Source: an uncultured candidate division Zixibacteria bacterium
Lineage (GTDB): Bacteria > Zixibacteria > MSB-5A5 > UBA10806 > 4484-95
Direction: 5' to 3'
DNA length: 64,000 bases
Assembly (NCBI GenBank): GCA_963668625.2
Contig: CAXXKA010000010.1
Coordinates: 352,001 to 416,000 of the forward strand
Part shown: positions 39,612 through 48,189 of the stretch, piece by piece
How positions within the stretch are numbered: position 1 is the first letter of the stretch
Layout of the letters: every line of letters starts with the position of its first letter
Position numbers and translations under genes: made by a program
The notes under the pieces: generated by a model
The model's input: the letters and a program-made list of their open reading frames with translations, nothing else
Database searches by the model: none
Told to the model about the DNA's origin: nothing

Positions 39612-40562
39612 ATGAATTACGATCCATTTGGAAATCAGACGAATATTACCGGTAGTCCAGGGACTTACAGCTATAATGGCAATGAGTTCGATGATGAATG
39701 GGATTTCGATTTGTATTATTATGGCGCTCGTTTCATGGATCCGGCGCTTGGTAGGTTTATCACACCTGATCCAGTGAATGATTTTATCAATCCTTACAGC
39801 TATGTCGGCAATAATCCTATGAATATGATTGATCCAACGGGGATGGCAATGATGCCAGCGATTGTGTATAGTGTGATACAGTCAGTTCCACCTTGGGAAG
39901 CAAATAGAGTAGATATAGTTGAATCTGTTAAGCAGCAATCTTTAAATGGGGCGCTTCAAGAGAGAGCAGATTATATTAGAGGATTAATGAACGATGCTGC
40001 TGCTGAAGCACGAAGTATGAAAAGTGTTGATCAAAGTGAATCTTTAAATAAAGATTGGGAAGACATAGCGGATGTATTAAATGAATGGGCAGATATGTCT
40101 GATGATGAAATATTGGCTTCAATTGTAGATATAGGGGGGATAAATTCAGCTATATATCCAAAATGGGATGATAAAGGTGACTTAAAATCGGCAAAATTAT
40201 TATTAAATGAAAATTCATTTTTTGGGGGAGGTAAAACAAGGACTGATTTAATAGGATTTCTAATTCATGAGGCTGCTAACTACGTTTTTATGAATAAACA
40301 TTCAAATTACATTGGATATGCAAAATCAGAGGGATGTAATCCTGATGATTTATATCAAGGTTACGTTGAGTTGGCTGAAATGAATGCATATAGCAAACAT
40401 CTTGATGTTATTAGCAAGCCTTCAAATATTAACAATATTACTAAGTTTAAACTTGAAGCAAAAACTTGGGGAGGTTATGAAGGTGGCCTTAATCTTCCAA
40501 AAGGTGCTGTTTTAGATCATATGGTAGATAAATATGTATTGCCTTATTGGTGGTTTTATTGA
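39612..40562 (+). CDS. N-truncated Rhs core with C-terminal metallopeptidase-like toxin domain
   Basis: YDPFG, LYYYGARFMDPALGRFITPDP, YSYVGNNP..IDPTG; C-terminal LIHEAAN...E..AY. Confidence 0.85.
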   Translation: MNYDPFGNQTNITGSPGTYSYNGNEFDDEWDFDLYYYGARFMDPALGRFITPDPVNDFINPYSYVGNNPMNMIDPTGMAMMPAIVYSVIQSVPPWEANRVDIVESVKQQSLNGALQERADYIRGLMNDAAAEARSMKSVDQSESLNKDWEDIADVLNEWADMSDDEILASIVDIGGINSAIYPKWDDKGDLKSAKLLLNENSFFGGGKTRTDLIGFLIHEAANYVFMNKHSNYIGYAKSEGCNPDDLYQGYVELAEMNAYSKHLDVISKPSNINNITKFKLEAKTWGGYEGGLNLPKGAVLDHMVDKYVLPYWWFY

Positions 40563-40586
40563 TATTAATAATGGGAGGTTTAAGCC

Positions 40587-41357
40587 ATGTGTAGATTTAT
40601 GTTTACTTTATTTGTTATTATTTTAGGAACAGTAACTTCTTATGCTTCTATCCCGCGAATAGCACAAGAGCTTAGACTATTCGGCGCCTACGAAGACACC
40701 ATTCCTCATCAAGAATTGGATGAATATATCATTGCCAAAGTTTGTTCACTTAAAGCAATTGAAACAGTTGAAAAATTCCAGGTTAAGACTGGTGTTAGTG
40801 TTGTGTTTTCATTTGAGGAATTACCCGGATTAAAATTGTATCTCTTTTCGGGAGCGGTTTTTCTGCAGGATGATTATTACTGTGTACTATTTAACGCAAA
40901 TGATTCTACAGTCTATCCATTTGATACAGGGGGACCAAGGTTTTCGAGAGTAATTTCTAGTTATCTGCCAAAGATTATAGAAGAAAACAAAATATTAGAT
41001 TTGATCAACTTTTATATTAATACATTATCGGGAAATGTTCCATTTTACATTGTATCTGACGTGGAAGATTATGAAACTCTTTGGGAGGAAGAGTTTGAAT
41101 ATGCGGCAAAACTCTATCCTCCAGCAGTTGATAGTATTAAAAAAGCAGCTGAGGAAGATATTGATGAGGTCAAGAAACTTATACATGAAAGACTATTATA
41201 TGATAATGACGGTTATTATATTATTCGCGTGACGACCTGGGAAAAGGCACGTGGCAATTTAGAATCTTGGGAATTCAGGGTATCTGAAAGCGTATTTGAG
41301 GTGAAAAGCAGGGTGACATATTTCTTAGGAAAAGGGCCAAATCTTATGCAACATTAG
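40587..41357 (+). CDS. Exported putative immunity/partner protein, paralogue 1
   Basis: Signal peptide; directly after the toxin; shares FxxLPGL, LFN..DS..Y.F, SYL..II, TWE...G..E.W and KGP with 43740 and 45292. Confidence 0.65.
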   Translation: MCRFMFTLFVIILGTVTSYASIPRIAQELRLFGAYEDTIPHQELDEYIIAKVCSLKAIETVEKFQVKTGVSVVFSFEELPGLKLYLFSGAVFLQDDYYCVLFNANDSTVYPFDTGGPRFSRVISSYLPKIIEENKILDLINFYINTLSGNVPFYIVSDVEDYETLWEEEFEYAAKLYPPAVDSIKKAAEEDIDEVKKLIHERLLYDNDGYYIIRVTTWEKARGNLESWEFRVSESVFEVKSRVTYFLGKGPNLMQH

Positions 41358-41519
41358 AGATATTAAAAATTATTGATTGAAATGACCGAGGTTGGACAAA
41401 TGAGTTATTATTAATTTTAATATTGAAGATTTAAAAAATAAATTTATGTAATGTAAATTACTAGTTATTAGCAAAGGAAGATAGAAATTAAATGAAAATT
41501 ACTAATATTTATGTTTTAA

Positions 41520-42847
41520 CATTACTGTCCCAACGTTTTGTTTTTGAGTTGCTGTAAGTAGATAACTGGCAAGGGATTTTAGCAAAAAATAGAATTTTTC
41601 GATTTGAACTTGGAAAGCCGATTTAGCCATACTTCCGAGGGGGGAACTCGGAAGGAGATGGCTGATGCATTCAGGCAAGATTCTTTTATCGCAGCTTATG
41701 GACTTTGTCCCGAGATACGAATTTCTCAAATGTGTGGGACGTTACCGGGGCAATTACAAGATCAAAAGCTTTTCCTGCTGGGACCAATATCTTTGCATGG
41801 CTTTTGCTCAGCTTACTTACCGAGAGAGTCTGCGGGATATCGAGGCTTGCCTGAGGGCGGCTCATGTTAAGCTTTATCATATGGGTATCAGAGGCAAAGT
41901 ATCACGCAATACTCTAGCTCATGCCAATGAGGTGAGGGATTATCGCATTTATGAGGATTTTACCAGGACACTTATCAGCACGGCCAGAGGGTTGTATGTT
42001 AACGAGCCTTTCGGAGTGGAATTGGAGCAGACTGTTTATGCTCTCGATTCGACTACCATCGATTTGTGTTTGTCTCTTTTCCCCTGGGCTGAATTCAGGC
42101 GAAGGAAGGGAGCTATAAAGATGCACACTCTTCTGGATTTGCGCGGCAATATACCCAGCATGGTAATTGTTACTCCCGGAAAGGTTCATGATGTAAATAT
42201 CCTGGATAATCTGATGGTGGAAGCCGGCGCGATTTATATTCTGGACAAGGCTTATATAGATTATGCTCGTCTATACGGCATTCACAAATCTCTGGCATTT
42301 TTTGTAACTCGTGCCAAGAAGAACTTCAACTACAGACGCCTTTACTCTCATCCCAAGAATGTAAAAGCCGGAATAAGAAGTGACCAGACGGTTATGCTTA
42401 AAGGTTATTATGCCGGATTAGATTATCCTGAGAAGCTCAGACGCATAAGTTATATTGATCAGATATTGAACAAACGCTTTATCTTTCTGACCAATAACTT
42501 TGATTTACCGGCAATAACAATTGCTGAACTATATCGCTGTCGTTGGCAGGTGGAACTGTTCTTCAAATGGATTAAAAGCCATCTCAGGATAAAGAAGTTT
42601 TTCGGGCTATCAGACAATGCAGTCAAGACTCAGATATGGATAGCAATCAGCATCTATGTGCTGGTAGCGATAGTGAAGAAACGTTTAAATCTTAGAGCGA
42701 GCTTATATCAAATTCTACAGATTTTAAGCGTTACCCTGTTTGAGAAAATCCCTATAGAACAAGCACTTAGCGATATTGATACGGAAGAAATTATAACCGA
42801 AATCCCTAACCAATTGAAACTATTCAACTAACGTTGGGACAGTAGTG
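41520..42847 (+). mobile_element. IS4-family insertion sequence (1328 bp)
   Basis: TIRs CATTACTGTCCCAACGTT / AACGTTGGGACAGTAGTG; 9-bp TSD ATGTTTTAA (41511-41519, 42848-42856). Confidence 0.93.
41665..42831 (+). CDS. IS4 family transposase (DUF4372 + DDE)
   Basis: FAQLTYRESLRDIE, LDSTTIDL, HDV, DKAY, YRCRWQVELFFKWIK (YREK-like). Confidence 0.96.
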   Translation: MHSGKILLSQLMDFVPRYEFLKCVGRYRGNYKIKSFSCWDQYLCMAFAQLTYRESLRDIEACLRAAHVKLYHMGIRGKVSRNTLAHANEVRDYRIYEDFTRTLISTARGLYVNEPFGVELEQTVYALDSTTIDLCLSLFPWAEFRRRKGAIKMHTLLDLRGNIPSMVIVTPGKVHDVNILDNLMVEAGAIYILDKAYIDYARLYGIHKSLAFFVTRAKKNFNYRRLYSHPKNVKAGIRSDQTVMLKGYYAGLDYPEKLRRISYIDQILNKRFIFLTNNFDLPAITIAELYRCRWQVELFFKWIKSHLRIKKFFGLSDNAVKTQIWIAISIYVLVAIVKKRLNLRASLYQILQILSVTLFEKIPIEQALSDIDTEEIITEIPNQLKLFN

Positions 42848-42929
42848 ATGTTTTAACTATAAATATTATATTATTTACCTGGTACCCCACTCCATCTACT
42901 GTGGAGTGGGATAGGTTAAATGAGCTAAT

Positions 42930-43715
42930 ATGCCAAACTTGAAACACGGGGTACCTCACCAGAAGGGTGAGTATTATATGCATGCTGATTCGCCAATCAT
43001 AAATAGCAGTGAGGCTTGTAGTCTTACCCACCCTACTGGTGGGCTGCCTGCTGAAACTCGAAATAGAGTAGATGTAGTTGAATCTGTTAAACAACAATCT
43101 AAGGATGCGGCCCTTCAAAAAAAAACAGATTATATAAGAGGATTAATGGAAGCTGCTGCAGATGAAGCGCGAAGTATGGTTAGTGTTGATCAAAGCGAAT
43201 CTGTAAATAGAGAATGGGAAGACATAGCAGATGTATTAGATACATGGGCTAGTATGCCTGATGAGGAGTTAAATAGTTTTGTTACTGTGGTAAATGATAT
43301 GTCTGCTGATGCTCAATTGTTTCCTATATGGAAAGATGATGGTAGCGGGGAATTACAGGAGACTAAACTACTACTTGATAAAGATATATTTTTGGGCAGC
43401 GGTAAAACTGATATAGATAAAATTGGCTTTTTGATTCATGAAGCCGCTCATCAAGTGTTTTATAATAGACATCCAAATTGGAAAGAATACGCTGAAGAAA
43501 ACGGAGAGACTAAAGATAGAGACTTTTTTTATAATTATCATCAGGAAGAATTCGCATATACTAAACAATTTGATTTTATTAGTCAACCATATAATCGTGA
43601 TTTAATAAATTCATTCAGGCGAGTTGCCTATGATTGGTCCAATCCAAGATTAAAACCAGGAATACTTGAATCCCATATTCGTAATTCACTTGCTATTGGC
43701 TTTGGAGGTTACTAA
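42930..43715 (+). CDS. Orphan toxin C-terminal cassette (HExxH metallopeptidase-like), paralogue of the 39612 C-terminal domain
   Basis: NRVDVVESVKQQS...WEDIADVL shared with 39612; LIHEAAH...EEFAY; true start uncertain. Confidence 0.7.
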   Translation: MPNLKHGVPHQKGEYYMHADSPIINSSEACSLTHPTGGLPAETRNRVDVVESVKQQSKDAALQKKTDYIRGLMEAAADEARSMVSVDQSESVNREWEDIADVLDTWASMPDEELNSFVTVVNDMSADAQLFPIWKDDGSGELQETKLLLDKDIFLGSGKTDIDKIGFLIHEAAHQVFYNRHPNWKEYAEENGETKDRDFFYNYHQEEFAYTKQFDFISQPYNRDLINSFRRVAYDWSNPRLKPGILESHIRNSLAIGFGGY

Positions 43716-43739
43716 ATACTATATAATAAAGGAGAAACT

Positions 43740-44618
43740 ATGAGATTAATATGCATGTTATTTATTTTCTATTGCGTCTATTTTGCAGATCAAGGAAATT
43801 GTCAGATCGTTAGCAAGTATGATCCAATTTTAGTAAGTTCTAAATTAAATAGTAATCCAAGCTCATATTCTATTGACAGAGTATTCCCAAAGGGTTTACA
43901 TAAAATTATTAATGAAAATAAAATATTCAGTATATATGAAGATTCTGTTAGAGATTCTGGTCCTGAGGAATACGTAACGAGAGAAATTAAGATTCTTGTT
44001 TCAAATAGAACAAATATTCAGATAGATAAGGAATTAAGTATTGTTAGAAAATATTCCTTTATTGATCTGCCAGGATTACATTTATTTGTTTTTGCTGGGG
44101 CTCCATCAACACCTCAAGTAGCTTGTTTATTCAACTCGAGTGACTCATCATTATATTATTTTGGCGATTGCATATTAGAATATTCCAAAATGATGAGTAG
44201 TTATCTGCGTGATATAATTATAAAAGAAGAGTTTCACGATTTGATTCTACTTTATCTTAATTCGCTTAATAATTTTGGCGGATATTATATTGTTGAAGAT
44301 AAAAATGAGTTTATTGATATTTGGAATATCGAAACAAAAAGTATTAGTTTTATTGATAGTTCTGATACTTTAAGCATAATTAAAAGAAAAGAAATTAATG
44401 AAATTTCTGACATATATAAAAAGATAGATGTATTGAAGTTAAATTATAGTAAAAGTATTATTTATCAAGTTACATTAATCACATGGGAAAATAAATATGG
44501 AATGATTGAAAAATGGCAGTTTATAATTTCTGATAAAGCTATTGAGCTTAAATTTAGAAAACCATTGTTTTTAAATAAAGGACCATGGGATGGGCTTCTT
44601 AGAAGCATTTGGGACTAA
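43740..44618 (+). CDS. Exported putative immunity/partner protein, paralogue 2
   Basis: AAGGAG RBS; signal peptide; FIDLPGL, LFNSSDSSLYYF, TWE..G.IE.W, KGP. Confidence 0.65.
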   Translation: MRLICMLFIFYCVYFADQGNCQIVSKYDPILVSSKLNSNPSSYSIDRVFPKGLHKIINENKIFSIYEDSVRDSGPEEYVTREIKILVSNRTNIQIDKELSIVRKYSFIDLPGLHLFVFAGAPSTPQVACLFNSSDSSLYYFGDCILEYSKMMSSYLRDIIIKEEFHDLILLYLNSLNNFGGYYIVEDKNEFIDIWNIETKSISFIDSSDTLSIIKRKEINEISDIYKKIDVLKLNYSKSIIYQVTLITWENKYGMIEKWQFIISDKAIELKFRKPLFLNKGPWDGLLRSIWD

Positions 44619-44683
44619 CAGAAGTGTTAGTATATTGAAAAGAGTATTTAGTTAAGCTGATATTTATTTTCAAGGAGGATTAT

Positions 44684-45282
44684 ATGTTTAAAAGGATGTT
44701 GATTATTGTTTTTATAATAACGATTTTATTAAAAATTGGATATGCAGATAATAATTTATTTCTAAATCAGGAATATTCATCTGATAATATTGAGTTTGAA
44801 TTAAATCTAGTCAATTCAGATACTCTCTTTGGGATGCAAATACCAATTGATCTCGGTTTAAGCAAACTTGGCCTAAGGATTGACTCCGTTTCTTTCGCCG
44901 ATTCACGTATCGAACATTTCTATGAGTATTTTTATACCGAAAATGCTGACAGTAGCGGTATCTTCATATTCATCCTGGATTCAGCCGATCCTGAGATAGA
45001 GTCAACACCGCTGCTGCCGGGATCAGGCAAAATAGCAACAATCTATTTATCTCGTACGCGCGCCCCTATAGCGGATGATCATACAATAAATATAAAGAGC
45101 TGAAAGAACATCGCCGAAGATTAAGTTTCAGTGCCTGGGATCCTAACCAAGGCTTAGACCGCGCCAAAAATATTAGGTCTAAAAAGAAAAGAGCACAAAC
45201 CATAGAAAACGTGATGAGACGAAGGCAGTATCAGGATAAGATAGATTACTTTGATGGCGGGAATTTTGTTTTCCCTTACTAG
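44684..45282 (+). pseudogene. Frameshifted/chimeric cohesin-like gene (copy 1)
   Basis: Near-identical core to 46099-46611; frameshift near 45096; alternative frame continues RRRLSFSAWDP and then diverges. Confidence 0.65.
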
Positions 45283-45291
45283 TACTGGGAG

Positions 45292-46098
45292 GTGCATATG
45301 ATTTTAAGAATGTTAATAATTATACTGATCCTATCTGTTCCGCTTGCTGGACAAGAATATAGTATCCCAGATTTCAGTCTGTTTGGTTGCCAAAATGATG
45401 AAGATAAAGACAGCCTATTGTATAATTATGTTGTTGTGGAAATCGATTCAATTACAAAAGCTGAAACAATAAGAGGCAATGGAAAAGATTTTCGTGTTAA
45501 GGATTCATTCTCTTTCACTGAATTAAAGTGCATTAAATACTATGAATTTAGAGATGAACATGATTTTCACTACAGGAATATGGAACAATATTATAAAGTA
45601 TTATTCAATGTTTGCGATTCCACTTTATATCCATTTTCTGGTGATGGTTTAAAATTTACTAATGTGATAAAAAGCTACTTACCTGAAATCATAGCCGGAG
45701 GCGAGCAGAAAATATTGAACCTATGCTTTTTGTTTCTACACACAGTCAATCGCGTACCAATAAATTCAATTGATAATTATCAAAAGTTATGGGAGGATAT
45801 CTATGAGGAATATAGTGATTATAATGAGTTATCGGAAGAGGATATCATTGATGATATAGAATCAATAAATAGACTACTGCATCCAACCAGTACGTATACA
45901 ACCAATAGAATAACATACAAAAATAATTTCTTCCGGATTATTATAAAAACATGGGAACCATTTAATGGTGATATTGAATCCTGGACATTATTAGTTTCGA
46001 ATAAGATATTTGAAGTTGAGAATGTTACTAGACGTCTTGAGAGAATGGGGCCATATCAACAAAGACATAGTGATCTAATCATAAGAAAGGAAAATTAG
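45292..46098 (+). CDS. Exported putative immunity/partner protein, paralogue 3
   Basis: GGAGG RBS; signal peptide; FSFTEL, LFNVCDSTLYPF, SYLPEII, TWEPFNGDIESW, MGP. Confidence 0.65.
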   Translation: MHMILRMLIIILILSVPLAGQEYSIPDFSLFGCQNDEDKDSLLYNYVVVEIDSITKAETIRGNGKDFRVKDSFSFTELKCIKYYEFRDEHDFHYRNMEQYYKVLFNVCDSTLYPFSGDGLKFTNVIKSYLPEIIAGGEQKILNLCFLFLHTVNRVPINSIDNYQKLWEDIYEEYSDYNELSEEDIIDDIESINRLLHPTSTYTTNRITYKNNFFRIIIKTWEPFNGDIESWTLLVSNKIFEVENVTRRLERMGPYQQRHSDLIIRKEN

Positions 46099-46611
46099 AT
46101 GGTTAGGTTTATTGCACTTTATATTATAATCCTGAATATATGTGTTTTGGGTGAAAATAATATATCAAGTCAGTTTAATGCTTCAGGAAATAATATCCAA
46201 ATTGAATTGAACCTAGTCAATTCAGATACCCTTTCTGGGATGCAAATACCAGTAGACCTTGGTTTAAGTAAGCTCGGCTTGAGAATTGACTCCGTTTCTT
46301 TCGCCGATTCACGTATCGAACATTTCTATGAGTATTTTTATACCGAAAATGCTGACAGTAGCGGTATCTTCATATTCATCCTGGATTCAGCCGATCCTGA
46401 GATCGAATCAACACCGCTGCTGCCAGGATCAGGTAAGATTGCAACTATCTATTTATCTTGCACGCGTGATCCTAGGGTAGATAGTCACTCCCTTGGCATT
46501 AAAGAGGTAAGAGACCGTAAACGAAGGCTAACCTTCGATGCTTGGGATCCAACAGGTAATCCAGTCGAAATAGAGTTAACGCCACTGAGACTTGATGTTA
46601 GGCGGGAGTAA
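46099..46611 (+). CDS. Small exported cohesin-like beta-sandwich protein (copy 2)
   Basis: Signal peptide; L.NSDTL.GMQIP..L, IDSVSFADSR and LLPGSGKIATIYL resemble cohesin-like domains (pattern recognition only). Confidence 0.55.
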   Translation: MVRFIALYIIILNICVLGENNISSQFNASGNNIQIELNLVNSDTLSGMQIPVDLGLSKLGLRIDSVSFADSRIEHFYEYFYTENADSSGIFIFILDSADPEIESTPLLPGSGKIATIYLSCTRDPRVDSHSLGIKEVRDRKRRLTFDAWDPTGNPVEIELTPLRLDVRRE

Positions 46612-46690
46612 GTAAATGATAAAAGAGTGTATTCTTGCTATGATGGCATATACTTTAAAATAAGCATGTTAGTATAAATGAGTTGATATT

Positions 46691-46854
46691 TTCTAACGAG
46701 TTTCTAACAATTAACTTCATGGAACTCAACGAAACTCGGCACAACTCGATAGAACTGAATGCAACTAAACGATTGAAAATCAGAGGATTGAGCGCAATTT
46801 ATTAGTATGCAACAAATTAGCTTAAACTGCCAGCGTCGAATCCCTGTCTCTCCG
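46691..46854. repeat. att-like arm plus tRNA 3'-end core, copy 1
   Basis: TTCTAAC x2; AACT at a 10-bp period (46713-46763); IHF-consensus AATCAGaggaTTG; 19-bp core. Confidence 0.8.
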
Positions 46855-47120
46855 GTTAGTATCCCCTCATTTCTATTTTAAGTTATCTTTCAAAACTTTT
46901 GTAAAGACCAGTTATAATTTAGCGGCATTTTTCTTTCTATAATCTGATGGATTTTTCAATCATTCAATTACTATAGAAGCTATAGCCTCCTGCTGCCTAA
47001 TAGAGAGGGCGTAAAAGCAGATTTCTAGCCGTCATTGTTAATGTAATAATAAAATATTGGATTATGACATAGAGATAAAATGATGTAACAGAATGCCAAT
47101 CAATATGTTATATTTTTGGC

Positions 47121-47177
47121 TTGACATAAATGGAAGAAGATGTATCTTAGTATTGCAACTACCAATGGTGGTTGCAA
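47121..47177 (+). promoter_or_regulatory. Promoter with adjacent inverted repeat (putative operator)
   Basis: TTGACA-16 bp-TATCTT, then TTGCAACTACC-aat-GGTGGTTGCAA. Confidence 0.6.
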
Positions 47178-47225
47178 AAAACATAGGGCTGCTGATTGTA
47201 CAGGTTGAATTGAAAAGAGGGTATA

Positions 47226-48128
47226 TTGACTGAAATACTTGAGAAGATAAAAAAACTTGGGTTGAACAGTTATGAAGCTAAAGTTTATTTAGCTCTATTA
47301 GAGCGCGAAGCATTAACTGTCAGCGAAATATCTAATATCTCGGGAGTTCCCAGGGGGCGAATATATGATACTCTTGACTCTTTAATGATCGCGGGATTAA
47401 CCACTTTAAAGCCGGGAACACTTAAGAAATATAGTGCAGCCAGTCCCGAGGTGCTTCAAAGTTTGCTTGAACAGAGAATCAAATCACAATTCGAAGAGCA
47501 AAATGAACGATTGTCAAGTGCGGTACTGGTCCTAAAGAAAACGTATGAAATCGCTCGTGAAAACAGATTGAAGAATTCCAGCCCGCTGGACTATATTGAA
47601 GTTCTTAGAAATCGTATACAGATTCATCATAAATATCTGGAGTTATTCTCTAGAGCCCAACATGAAGTATTGTCATTTACCAAACCGCCATTCGCGTTCG
47701 CTAATGATCGGCAATTAGATGAACAATATAAAGTTCAGCTTGATGCGGTTAAGAAGAAAGTCAGAATTAGGACTATTGTTGAACTGCCACCAAAAGATAA
47801 ACTAGAAGAATTTTACAGTGAGATATTCGCGCCTGAGAATAAAATAGACGCACCCTTAGATCAGCATGAGATCAGGGTCTTCGATGAATTACCGGTAAAG
47901 ATGTTCGTGTTTGATGGTAAAACCTGTTTCTTTACTCTTGAGGATCCTATTAAAGGAAAAACATCCTTAACGATGCTTGTCACCGACCATGTAGCTATGG
48001 CAAAGAGTTTTAGATTCTTATTCGAGTCATTCTGGGAAAAATCAAGGCATTACTTAATTATCAATGGTGAGCAACGCTATATTTATTCTGAAGAGGAATT
48101 AAAGGGCAGGAAGAGCGGTAAATCATGA
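47226..48128 (+). CDS. TrmB family transcriptional regulator
   Basis: LGLNSYEAKVYLALL, SGVPRGRIYDTL HTH; C-terminal LPVKMFVFD...F..FW. Confidence 0.9.
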   Translation: MTEILEKIKKLGLNSYEAKVYLALLEREALTVSEISNISGVPRGRIYDTLDSLMIAGLTTLKPGTLKKYSAASPEVLQSLLEQRIKSQFEEQNERLSSAVLVLKKTYEIARENRLKNSSPLDYIEVLRNRIQIHHKYLELFSRAQHEVLSFTKPPFAFANDRQLDEQYKVQLDAVKKKVRIRTIVELPPKDKLEEFYSEIFAPENKIDAPLDQHEIRVFDELPVKMFVFDGKTCFFTLEDPIKGKTSLTMLVTDHVAMAKSFRFLFESFWEKSRHYLIINGEQRYIYSEEELKGRKSGKS

Positions 48129-48189
48129 GAGTATATAAAATAAAACGAGCAACTAATAAACTCTTAGATAATGTTAGCAGGAGGTTGAT

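Larger units (their letters stand above)
39564..46854. mobile_element. tRNA-integrated island 1 (no integrase visible)
   Basis: Bounded by a perfect 19-bp repeat TCGAATCCCTGTCTCTCCG (39545-39563 and 46836-46854); low GC. Confidence 0.8.

Noticed and set aside
41492-42914. Gene interrupted by the IS4
   Set aside because: The reconstructed empty site gives only a 27-codon ORF, so the insertion appears intergenic.
46691-46770. CRISPR array or iterons
   Set aside because: Only a 4-bp motif recurs at a 10-bp period; there are no repeat-spacer units and no cas or rep genes.
46836-46854. Additional tRNA genes at 46836 and 54249
   Set aside because: Only the 3' 19 nt are present; the upstream sequence cannot form D or anticodon arms.
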